From: Candidatus Latescibacterota bacterium
GTDB lineage: Bacteria > Latescibacterota > UBA2968 > UBA8231
NCBI GenBank assembly: GCA_965248265.1
Contig: CBDFJF010000001.1
Location: forward strand, 3,104,001 to 3,168,000
Reading direction: 5' to 3'
DNA: 64,000 nt
Shown here: one piece after another, positions 9,707 to 17,437 of the stretch
Position numbering within the stretch: the first letter of the stretch is position 1
Layout of the letters: the number at the start of each line of letters is the position of its first letter
Notes under the pieces: model-generated
What the model saw: the letters and a program-made list of their open reading frames with translations, nothing else
What the model was told of the DNA's origin: nothing
Database searches by the model: none
Position numbers and translations under genes: made by a program

Positions 9707-11311
9707 GTGAACGGCTCGAGAGTCTGGAGTTGGAGCTCAACCCTTGCTCTGCTGTTGGCCAGTTGTGCAGACCACCAGGTGCCGTTCCGGGAGGCCGACT
9801 CTGCGCAGAGCGCCATACCAGGGTCCACGACTGTCGGTCTCAGGGAGGCCTTTTCCGTCCCCGATCCAGGCGATGAACAGATCCAGTGGCAGGCGTTGGA
9901 GCCGGCCGTGTTCGAGGCAGCGCGTCAGCAAGACAAGCTGGTGCTCCTCTTCATGATTTCATCATGGGATGGAGCGAATCCTATGGCGACGACGGGCCAT
10001 GCCTTTCGCGCTCTGGTAGCGGATCGCTTCGTCCCCATACGAGTCGATCCGCTACGCAGACCAGACATTGCTCGTCGATATGCGCCGGCCGGATGGCCGG
10101 CGTTGGCCGTGACCCTGCCAGACGGTCGGCTTGTGGCCACTGCCACCGATATCCCCCAAAACAACATTCATGAGTACCTCCGGAGTCTGGCGAATCACTA
10201 TCGCGACCGTCCAGACGAGGTTGTGAGCCGGGTGCAGGCTTCTCACCTGCCTTCTTCCAAACCAGGCGACGCTTCGACGGTGACTGTTCCAGCTTTGTAC
10301 GCCGATGTCGCGGCCGCATACGACTCACTCCATGGGGGCTTCGGCACTGGTGCCAAATTTCCTGAGACCGGCGTTGTGCAGTTTCTGCTCAGCTATTACG
10401 AACTCCACCGGGACGGGCAGGCGCTTGAGATGGCTCTGCGGAGTCTGGAAATCCAGTCCCGGGCCCCGATGTGGGATGAACGGGAAGGTGGAGTGCTCTC
10501 CTATTCGTTCACGCCGGACTGGTTGTCGCCGATATTGGAGAAGGACGGAGCGGACCAGGCTGGTTTGCTGGAAGCGCTCATGCACGCCAGGCAGTTGACC
10601 GACGAGACCTTCAGCGATTCTGTGGCTCGACTGCTGGCCTATATTCGAGGCGAACTGTTCGACGTCCAAAAAGGCGTTTTCTACAGTCGCCAGGTGAGAC
10701 GCCCCCGCAGCGAAGAGTTTTCAGCCTGGTGGACCGACCCGACGGTGTACACGGATAGAAACGCGCTGCTGATTCTCGCCTGTCTGCGAGCCACGGGAGC
10801 CGAAGTGCCAGGTCCGGATTCGGCTGACATGGGCTTGGCCGCAGCCGCCTATCTGATGGAAGAGTGTGTGCGACCAGATGGCGCGGTGTTCCACTGCGTG
10901 ACTGAGAGTGGCCCCCAAGTGGTCGGACTGCTGGAGGACCAGATGTTGGCTGCCCAGGCGCTGTGGGAGGCCTATCGAGTTTCGGGCAACGACGAGTTTG
11001 TCAGTACCACTCGTCGTATTCTGAAGTGGACGGAGACCAATCTGCGTGACGCCAGGGAACAAGCATTCATCGACGGGCAGGAAGATGCCGCCATACCCGC
11101 CTGGAAGCAGGCGATACGGTTCGCGGATGAGGTGGTGCCGGCCGGGAATGCGATTGCCGCAACGCTGTACCTGCAAATGGGTCAAGAGGCTATGGCCTCT
11201 GAGCTCTTGAGCGACCGGGTGTTCGATTCCAAGGTTCCTCGGCGCTCGTACGTCTCCTTTGGCCGCGCCCTCCTGCGGTGGCAGGCAGCGACGGGAGTGA
11301 CCACAGAGTGA
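9707..11311 (+). CDS. YyaL/SSP411-like (DUF255 thioredoxin plus alpha/alpha barrel) lipoprotein
   Basis: FVPIRVD..RPDI, GWP, YDSLHGGFG..KFP and LEDQ motifs; lipobox LLASC. GTG start follows GAGAGGAAGG. Confidence 0.78.
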   Translation: MNGSRVWSWSSTLALLLASCADHQVPFREADSAQSAIPGSTTVGLREAFSVPDPGDEQIQWQALEPAVFEAARQQDKLVLLFMISSWDGANPMATTGHAFRALVADRFVPIRVDPLRRPDIARRYAPAGWPALAVTLPDGRLVATATDIPQNNIHEYLRSLANHYRDRPDEVVSRVQASHLPSSKPGDASTVTVPALYADVAAAYDSLHGGFGTGAKFPETGVVQFLLSYYELHRDGQALEMALRSLEIQSRAPMWDEREGGVLSYSFTPDWLSPILEKDGADQAGLLEALMHARQLTDETFSDSVARLLAYIRGELFDVQKGVFYSRQVRRPRSEEFSAWWTDPTVYTDRNALLILACLRATGAEVPGPDSADMGLAAAAYLMEECVRPDGAVFHCVTESGPQVVGLLEDQMLAAQALWEAYRVSGNDEFVSTTRRILKWTETNLRDAREQAFIDGQEDAAIPAWKQAIRFADEVVPAGNAIAATLYLQMGQEAMASELLSDRVFDSKVPRRSYVSFGRALLRWQAATGVTTE

Positions 11312-11335
11312 CAACTAGAGTGACAGCTAGAGTAC
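11295..11335. repeat. Degenerate 11-12 bp tandem repeat with an AGAGTGAC core, spanning a stop codon
   Basis: gagtgaccac-agagtgacaact-agagtgacagct-agagtac. Confidence 0.7.
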
Positions 11336-11342
11336 CCCAGCG

Positions 11343-12251
11343 ATGAAGATCCTCGTAACTGGTGCCCACGGTTTGCTGGGACAACATCTTCTGCGAGTGG
11401 ATCGCGAGGGGGTCGAGTTGGTGGGCAGTGGTCGCAGCAGTGAGCTTGTGGGATCGGCCAGCTACCGATCCGTCCAGCTGGATGATCCGGATGCCGTCGC
11501 TCGCCTGATGGAGGAGGTACGACCCCAGTGGGTCATTCACACCGCGGCCATCACCAACGTCGATCGTTGTGAGACAGAGAGGGAAGAAGCTCGACGGGTC
11601 AACCTCGGATTGGTCGAGATTCTCGTCGGTTGCTGCAAGGCGGCCGACATCGGACTGGTGCAGTTGTCAACGGACTACGTGTTCAGTGGTGATGACGGTC
11701 CCTACAGCGAAGATGCCGAACCGCGACCGCTGTCCTACTACGGCCAGCTCAAGTTGGAGAGTGAGCACCGGGTGCTGGAATCCGGGATCCGCGGAATCGT
11801 CCTGCGCACGTTGTGGCTTTACGGTTACCTGCCGGAAACCAGGCCGAACCTGGTGACTTGGCCTCTGGGAGCCCTGCATCGTGGCGAAGCTCTGCGCATC
11901 GTGGATGACCAATGGGGCAATCCGACCTTCGTCGTCGACCTGGCGGACGCGCTCATCGATTTGTGTCGGGGAGAGGGTGCCGGTGTCTTCCACATGGGGG
12001 GCGCCGACTTCATGACCCGGCATCAAATGGTGGAACAACTGGGCGCATTCTTCGGCCTCGACACAGCTGGCGTGGAGCCGATCAAGACAACGGACGCTGG
12101 CCAGAGTGCGCCGCGTCCAAGACGCTCAGGTCTAACCAGCGATCGCCTCACCACCACTCTCGGCCGCCGTCCGTTGACCCTGGAGCAGGGCTTGACTCGG
12201 ATGACGGAAGACGAACACTTTCGGCGTGATTTCGACTACTTATTCACATAG
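11343..12251 (+). CDS. rfbD: dTDP-4-dehydrorhamnose reductase
   Basis: ILVTGAHGLLG, HTAAITNVDRCE, LSTDYVFSG, YYGQLKLESE, DQWGNPT and APRP motifs. Confidence 0.9.
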   Translation: MKILVTGAHGLLGQHLLRVDREGVELVGSGRSSELVGSASYRSVQLDDPDAVARLMEEVRPQWVIHTAAITNVDRCETEREEARRVNLGLVEILVGCCKAADIGLVQLSTDYVFSGDDGPYSEDAEPRPLSYYGQLKLESEHRVLESGIRGIVLRTLWLYGYLPETRPNLVTWPLGALHRGEALRIVDDQWGNPTFVVDLADALIDLCRGEGAGVFHMGGADFMTRHQMVEQLGAFFGLDTAGVEPIKTTDAGQSAPRPRRSGLTSDRLTTTLGRRPLTLEQGLTRMTEDEHFRRDFDYLFT

Positions 12252-12266
12252 GAACCCAGACAACCC

Positions 12267-12983
12267 ATGCGAAGCGAAAGCCAGCAGACGCTATCCGTTT
12301 CACTGATCACCCCGACCTACAACGAGAAGGAGAACATCGGTCTTCTGGCGGACGAAATCTTTCAGGTCTTGGCCGGGGTGGACGATATCGATCTGGAGTT
12401 GATCGTAGTCGATGATAACTCGCCCGATGGCACCGGCGAGGCAGCCGAGAAGCTCAAGGAGAAATACCCGGTGCAGGTCGTCCATCGAGCCGGCAAGCTC
12501 GGTCTTGGGTCCGCCGTGATGGAGGGCTTTGCGTTGTCGGAGCGTCCTTACGTGGGGGTCATGGATGCCGACATGAGTCACGACCCCGTCGTCCTGCCGC
12601 AGTTGATTCATGCGCTGCGAGACTTTGACCTGACCATCGGCAGTCGCTTCGGAGAGACCAGCCTGGTCGAGGAATGGGCATGGCACCGCAAGTTGGTGTC
12701 GCTGGTTGGAGTGGCCATGGGGCGAATGCTCACCGGAGCCGAGGATCCACTTACTGGATTCTTCTTCGTTCGCACCCGCTCGCTGGAGGGGTTGTCCCTC
12801 ACCTCTTCAGGATTCAAGATCCTGCTAGAGATTTTGTGCAAGGGGCGCTGCCGAAACCATCTGTCGATACCCATCGTCTTCCGCAATCGTGAATTCAGCG
12901 CGAGCAAGCTCAATTGGCGCGAGCACTTGCTGTTTATGAAGCAGATCCTCTACTTCGCGTTGCGGAAACTGGCCGGGCGCTAG
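12267..12983 (+). CDS. Polyprenol-monophosphomannose synthase-like GT2
   Basis: PTYNEKENI, VVDDNSPDGTG, GKLGLGSA, VMDADMSHDP, DPLTGFF and GFKILLEIL motifs. Confidence 0.9.
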   Translation: MRSESQQTLSVSLITPTYNEKENIGLLADEIFQVLAGVDDIDLELIVVDDNSPDGTGEAAEKLKEKYPVQVVHRAGKLGLGSAVMEGFALSERPYVGVMDADMSHDPVVLPQLIHALRDFDLTIGSRFGETSLVEEWAWHRKLVSLVGVAMGRMLTGAEDPLTGFFFVRTRSLEGLSLTSSGFKILLEILCKGRCRNHLSIPIVFRNREFSASKLNWREHLLFMKQILYFALRKLAGR

Positions 12984-12987
12984 TCTC

Positions 12988-14706
12988 TTGAGCGGCGGGG
13001 GAGAACTCCTCAGACCACAAACGCTCGATCTGAGCGTGGTTATCCCAAGCTTCAACACCTGCAAGCTGATCGAACGGGCGTTGCGCACCGTATTCGAAGC
13101 CTCGAAGGATCTGGACATCGAGGTCATCGTCGTCGACAACGCTTCGAACGACGGTAGCCCGGAGATGATCGAGGACAAATTCCCCGACGTCCGGCTCATC
13201 AAGAATGACAACAATCTCGGTTTTGCGGGCGCCAACAATATGGCATTTCGCCAATCCGAGGGCCGACATGTGCTGCTGCTCAATTCCGACACGCTGGTGC
13301 GACCGGACACGCTGCGCTGCCTGGTGGAGTTTCTCGACACGCACCCCGAAGCCGGCGCCGCCGGCTGCAAGATCCTCAATCCAGACGGCACCTTCCAACA
13401 TGATTGCCGGCGGGGATTCCCCACGCCGATGGCGGCGATCTACAAGCTCTCGGGATTGAGTCGGTTGTTCCACAACAACCCTCGATTTGCTCGCTACAAC
13501 CTGACGTATCTCGATCCCGATGAGTTGAGCGAAGTCGACGCCCTGTCCGGTTCGTGCATGATGGTTCGTCGCGAGGTTCTCGACCAGGTGGGTTTCCTCG
13601 ACGAGGACTACTTCATGTACGGAGAGGACCTGGATTGGTGCTTCCGGATGAGGCAGGGTGGTTGGCGGATCTACTATGTACCGACGACGACGATCATCCA
13701 CTTCCGCGGTCGGAGCGGGCACCGGCAACAGATGCGGATTCAGTACCGAAAGAACGAGGCGATGGCGATCTTCGTGCGCAAGCATATGAAGGATCGCTAT
13801 CGCATTTTTCCGACCTGGGTTCTGCATCTGGGCATACTGATTTACGGTGCGTATTCCTTTGTTCGACCGGTGGCTCAGAGACTGGCGCTGCCGCTATTGG
13901 ATGCTGTGCTGGTGCTGAGCAGCCTGAAACTCGGCATCGTGCTGCGATACCACGAAAAACTCACACCGGTCATCCGCGACATAGAAGCGGCAGGTACTCG
14001 ATTCGATCTGGATTTTGAACCGACGCGATGGCTGGAGCTACCTGCGTACAGTGATGCACAGTGGTTGGTCGTCTATGCCGTGTCGACGGCGCTGTGGTTG
14101 TTGGCCTTTTCCATTTGTGGACTATACGACAAGCACAAGTACTCTCCAGTCCGGGCGGTAATGGCTGTATCGATGGGATTCGCCTTCGTGGTCACCACGG
14201 TGTTTTTCTTCAAGGCCTACAACTTTTCGCGCCTGGTCGCGGGGACGGCATGGTTTTTCAGCGCACTTCTTGTTGCGGGCTGGCGCGCCGGCTCAAGGCT
14301 GGTCATGCATTCAAAAAGAAGCCGCCGGATGAGCCGCAGAAAGGTGATCGTCGTCGGCACCGATGCCGACGCTGAGCGCTTGCTGAAATACCTGCACAGC
14401 GTCGGAGGGCTGGATTGCGACCTGCTCGGAATCGTCGCCGCCGAAAGGGAGGCCATCGGCAGAGTGGTTGCCGATGTTCAAGTCATCGGTCCCGTCGAGG
14501 ATCTGGCCGAGATCGTCAACGAGTACGGTGCTGACGAACTGCTGTTCACGTCGCATACCATCGTTCACTCCCTGCACCAGGTCGGCCACGGTTTCGCCTC
14601 TCGGCATCTGCGCCTGCGGATAATCCCGACATCCTTTCATGACCTCATCGCCGCAGACCCACCGCAATCATTGGACGATCTACCTCTTGTCGACGTCAGC
14701 AGGTAA
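12988..14706 (+). CDS. GT2 glycosyltransferase fused to TM plus CoA-binding-like region resembling the N-terminal half of WcaJ/WbaP
   Basis: VVDNASNDGS, NLGFAGANN, LLLNSD and FMYGEDLDWC motifs, then TM helices, GLYD, FSRL and RKVIVVGT. Confidence 0.85.
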   Translation: MSGGGELLRPQTLDLSVVIPSFNTCKLIERALRTVFEASKDLDIEVIVVDNASNDGSPEMIEDKFPDVRLIKNDNNLGFAGANNMAFRQSEGRHVLLLNSDTLVRPDTLRCLVEFLDTHPEAGAAGCKILNPDGTFQHDCRRGFPTPMAAIYKLSGLSRLFHNNPRFARYNLTYLDPDELSEVDALSGSCMMVRREVLDQVGFLDEDYFMYGEDLDWCFRMRQGGWRIYYVPTTTIIHFRGRSGHRQQMRIQYRKNEAMAIFVRKHMKDRYRIFPTWVLHLGILIYGAYSFVRPVAQRLALPLLDAVLVLSSLKLGIVLRYHEKLTPVIRDIEAAGTRFDLDFEPTRWLELPAYSDAQWLVVYAVSTALWLLAFSICGLYDKHKYSPVRAVMAVSMGFAFVVTTVFFFKAYNFSRLVAGTAWFFSALLVAGWRAGSRLVMHSKRSRRMSRRKVIVVGTDADAERLLKYLHSVGGLDCDLLGIVAAEREAIGRVVADVQVIGPVEDLAEIVNEYGADELLFTSHTIVHSLHQVGHGFASRHLRLRIIPTSFHDLIAADPPQSLDDLPLVDVSR

Positions 14707-14745
14707 GCCCGAAGATGCCTTGCCCAAGGCTACTAAACCGACCTA

Positions 14746-14810
14746 TGTTTACCACCTTCGATGTTTACCGTATTCGACGTCTACCGTATTCGACGTCTAC
14801 CGTATTCGAC
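14746..14810. repeat. Intergenic 16-bp tandem repeat, 4 units
   Basis: tgtttaccaccttcga / tgtttaccgtattcga / cgtctaccgtattcga / cgtctaccgtattcga. Confidence 0.9.
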
Positions 14811-14878
14811 CCCATGCTGCTGCTTTTGGAGCGCGGGGAGGTAGTCCAGGCAGGTTCGTACAGGTGAGGTAACACGTG

Positions 14879-15583
14879 ATGGCCAATCAAGAGATCAGAG
14901 TGGCGGGTGGAAGAGAAATCGTCCTGCCGATCAGCAAGGCAGTCGAGATTAGTATCCGCAGCCTCAAGATCCGCTTTGGCCGATCTCTGATAACGACCAG
15001 CGGTATCATCCTAGCCATCGCTTTCCTGATGTCGGTGTGGAGCAGCAATGACATCGTCAGCAGTCTCCGCGACGCCAACAAGAATGATATAAACCTGCTG
15101 CTTCAAAAGAACGGGATTGCGACAATGGACGCGGCTGGCACCGCCACCGGGGAATCGGCGAAACGAGCGATGGAAGAGCAGTCCAAGCAGACCTGGCTGA
15201 TCTCCCTGTCCCTGCTGGTGTGCGTGGTCGGCATCGCCAACGCCATGCTGATGTCGGTGACCGAACGATTTCGCGAGATCGGCACGATGAAATGCCTGGG
15301 CGCACTGGACTCGTTCATCATCAAGCTTTTTCTGTTGGAATCGACCTTTCAGGGACTCGCAGGGACGATCTCAGGGATCGCCATCGGTCTGTTGATGACG
15401 GTGATCCTGGCAACCATCGACTACGGCCAGTTCGTCTTCGAGTATTTCCCGCTGGCTTCCGTTATCAGGTCTGCCGTTGCCGCCATAATCGCCGGCACGG
15501 TCCTGTCGCTGATCGGTGCCATGTTGCCTGCCTACAAGGCGGCGAAGATGGAACCGGTCGAAGCCATGCGGCTTGAAGCGTAG
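14879..15583 (+). CDS. FtsX/MacB-like ABC transporter permease (short)
   Basis: GIANAMLMSVTERFREIGTMKCLGA, LFLLES and PAYKAAKMEPVEAMR motifs. Confidence 0.9.
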   Translation: MANQEIRVAGGREIVLPISKAVEISIRSLKIRFGRSLITTSGIILAIAFLMSVWSSNDIVSSLRDANKNDINLLLQKNGIATMDAAGTATGESAKRAMEEQSKQTWLISLSLLVCVVGIANAMLMSVTERFREIGTMKCLGALDSFIIKLFLLESTFQGLAGTISGIAIGLLMTVILATIDYGQFVFEYFPLASVIRSAVAAIIAGTVLSLIGAMLPAYKAAKMEPVEAMRLEA

Positions 15584-15612
15584 ACTTGGTAGAGGCCACA
15601 AGGAAGGACACT

Positions 15613-16386
15613 ATGTCTGAGAGCTCTCAAACCACAACCAGCCAGCCATCGACGGAGCAGCGCACCGTCGTCCGAACTCAGGGCGTCAAGAAGCTCTACC
15701 AAATGGGGGCGATTGAGGTGCATGCCCTGCGTGGAGTGGACATAGAGATTTACTCAGGAGAGTACATGTCCATCATGGGGCCTTCCGGTTCCGGCAAGAG
15801 CACGCTGTTCAACATGGTTGGGGGGCTCGACAAGCCGTCCGAGGGCAAGGTCTACATCGATGAGGTAGATGTCGCCCAGCTCGATGCCTATGAACTGGCG
15901 TGGCTGCGTTGCCGCAAGATCGGCTACATCTTCCAGTCCTTCAATCTCATACCTGTTATGACTGCCCTGGAGAATGTCACGCTGCCCATGGTGTTCGCCG
16001 GGCTGAGTAGCGACGAATCACGCGACAAGGGCATGGACCTGCTCGAAAAGGTCGGTCTCAAGGACCGGCACTCGCACAAGCCATTCGAGCTGTCCGGTGG
16101 ACAGCAGCAGCGTGTCGCCGTTGCTCGCGCTCTGGCCAACGATCCCGCCGTGGTGCTGGCTGACGAACCCACCGGAAATCTGGATCTGCACACTGGTACC
16201 GAGATCATCGAGCTGTTGAAGACGATGAACGAAGGGTCCGGGGTCACGGTCATTTCTGCCACGCATGATCACAAGATGCTCAGCGTCTCCGATCGTGTCG
16301 TCTGGATCAAGGATGGGCAGGTGGAAAACATCAAGCACCGCGAGGAGCTGGAGATCGAGGTCGCCTCCGTCGAAGGGGAGGACTAG
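15613..16386 (+). CDS. ABC transporter ATP-binding protein (LolD/MacB-like)
   Basis: Walker A GPSGSGKS, signature LSGGQQQRVAVARAL, Walker B VLADEPTGNLD and H-loop ATHD. Confidence 0.95.
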   Translation: MSESSQTTTSQPSTEQRTVVRTQGVKKLYQMGAIEVHALRGVDIEIYSGEYMSIMGPSGSGKSTLFNMVGGLDKPSEGKVYIDEVDVAQLDAYELAWLRCRKIGYIFQSFNLIPVMTALENVTLPMVFAGLSSDESRDKGMDLLEKVGLKDRHSHKPFELSGGQQQRVAVARALANDPAVVLADEPTGNLDLHTGTEIIELLKTMNEGSGVTVISATHDHKMLSVSDRVVWIKDGQVENIKHREELEIEVASVEGED

Positions 16387-16398
16387 TCCTCGACCACC

Positions 16399-17148
16399 AT
16401 AGCTGAACTGCCCCTCTCGTTCTGGGTTGCCGCCACTGCGGCCGTCATCCTGCTTGGCGTCGCCAAGGCCGGGTTTGGTGGTGGGGCCGGAGCAGCGGCA
16501 ACCCCGCTGCTGGCGATGACGATTTCAATAACGGACGCCGTCGCCTTGTTGCTGCCGCTTCTGATGCTGTGTGACGTGTTTTCCGTATGGCACTACCGTG
16601 GAACCTTTCACCGGCGCAGCGTCAAGTTGCTGTTGCCCGGATCGATAATCGGTGTTGCCATCGGAACGCTCTTCTTCGGCTACTTCATCGAAAATCAGAG
16701 GGTCCTTGAGGTCGGTCTCGGTGTCGTGACGCTGCTGTTCGTCGGATTTCGCCTGGCGAGTCAACGCTGGACGGCGGCGCTGCAGAGTCGGCATCCCACC
16801 GCCGCCGAAGGGGTGTTCATGGGCATGGTCTCCGGCTTCGCTTCCACCATAGCGCACGCGGGAGGACCGCCGACTACCATCTATTTGCTGCCACTGCGCA
16901 TGGCCAGGGATCTATTCGTCGGCACGACGGTGATCTTCTTCGCCGGGCTCAACTGGTTAAAGCTGGCCGCGTTTATTTTTCTCGGCCTGTTGAACCCCAA
17001 CAATTTGACCGCAGTGGCGATCTTGGCACCCCTGTCTCTGTTCAGTGTCCGCCTCGGAATCATCCTGAACAGGCACTTCTCCGATGTTTGGTTCAACCGC
17101 ATCGTCTACGTGGTACTGGTCGCGACTGGCATTCGACTGCTGCTTTAA
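16399..17148 (+). CDS. Sulfite exporter TauE/SafE family membrane protein (start uncertain)
   Basis: GVAKAGFGGG (upstream of the first ATG at 16516), LLLPLLMLCD, GFASTIAHAGGPP and FFAGLNWLKL motifs. Only ATA (16399) or CTG (16408) precede the N-terminal motif. Confidence 0.8.
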   Translation: MAELPLSFWVAATAAVILLGVAKAGFGGGAGAAATPLLAMTISITDAVALLLPLLMLCDVFSVWHYRGTFHRRSVKLLLPGSIIGVAIGTLFFGYFIENQRVLEVGLGVVTLLFVGFRLASQRWTAALQSRHPTAAEGVFMGMVSGFASTIAHAGGPPTTIYLLPLRMARDLFVGTTVIFFAGLNWLKLAAFIFLGLLNPNNLTAVAILAPLSLFSVRLGIILNRHFSDVWFNRIVYVVLVATGIRLLL

Positions 17149-17154
17149 ACTCTC

Positions 17155-17183
17155 TTGACATTGGCTGCTGAGCCCGTTAGTTT
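17155..17183 (+). promoter_or_regulatory. sigma70-type promoter of the aromatic amino acid operon
   Basis: Perfect TTGACA (17155-17160), 17-bp spacer, TAGTTT (17178-17183). Confidence 0.8.
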
Positions 17184-17193
17184 CCAACACGTT

Positions 17194-17286
17194 ATGGAAA
17201 AAGCAACGAACGCAGGCCGTTACCGGGTGTGGCGCTTTTGGCGAAGCGCGACAAGAGTAGGGCTGCGTCCACATACTAGACGGTAA
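17194..17286 (+). CDS. trpL: Attenuator leader peptide MEKATNAGRYRVWRFWRSATRVGLRPHTRR (30 aa)
   Basis: ORF lies between promoter and terminator. Codons TAC-CGG-GTG-TGG-CGC-TTT-TGG (Y-R-V-W-R-F-W) at 17221-17241. Confidence 0.8.
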   Translation: MEKATNAGRYRVWRFWRSATRVGLRPHTRR

Positions 17287-17314
17287 TATTCGAGACCCAC
17301 CGAATTACTTTACG

Positions 17315-17351
17315 ACCGCGGACGCACTGATTGCGTCTGCGGTTTTTTTTT
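17315..17351 (+). terminator. Intrinsic terminator (attenuator 3:4 hairpin)
   Basis: accgcggacgca-ctgat-tgcgtctgcggt followed by T8. The 5' arm ggacgca can alternatively pair with tgcgtcc at 17264-17270. Confidence 0.9.
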
Positions 17352-17437
17352 GCGAGCCGGTGCCGCTGCCAGTGCGCCGGCCGGCGCCAGGTGCGCCGCC
17401 CCCTTACGTGGGGATTCTGCTGAGGATGGTTAATACG

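Noticed and set aside
14746-14810. Possible CRISPR array
   Set aside because: The units are contiguous 16-mers with no spacers, and no cas genes are in the window.
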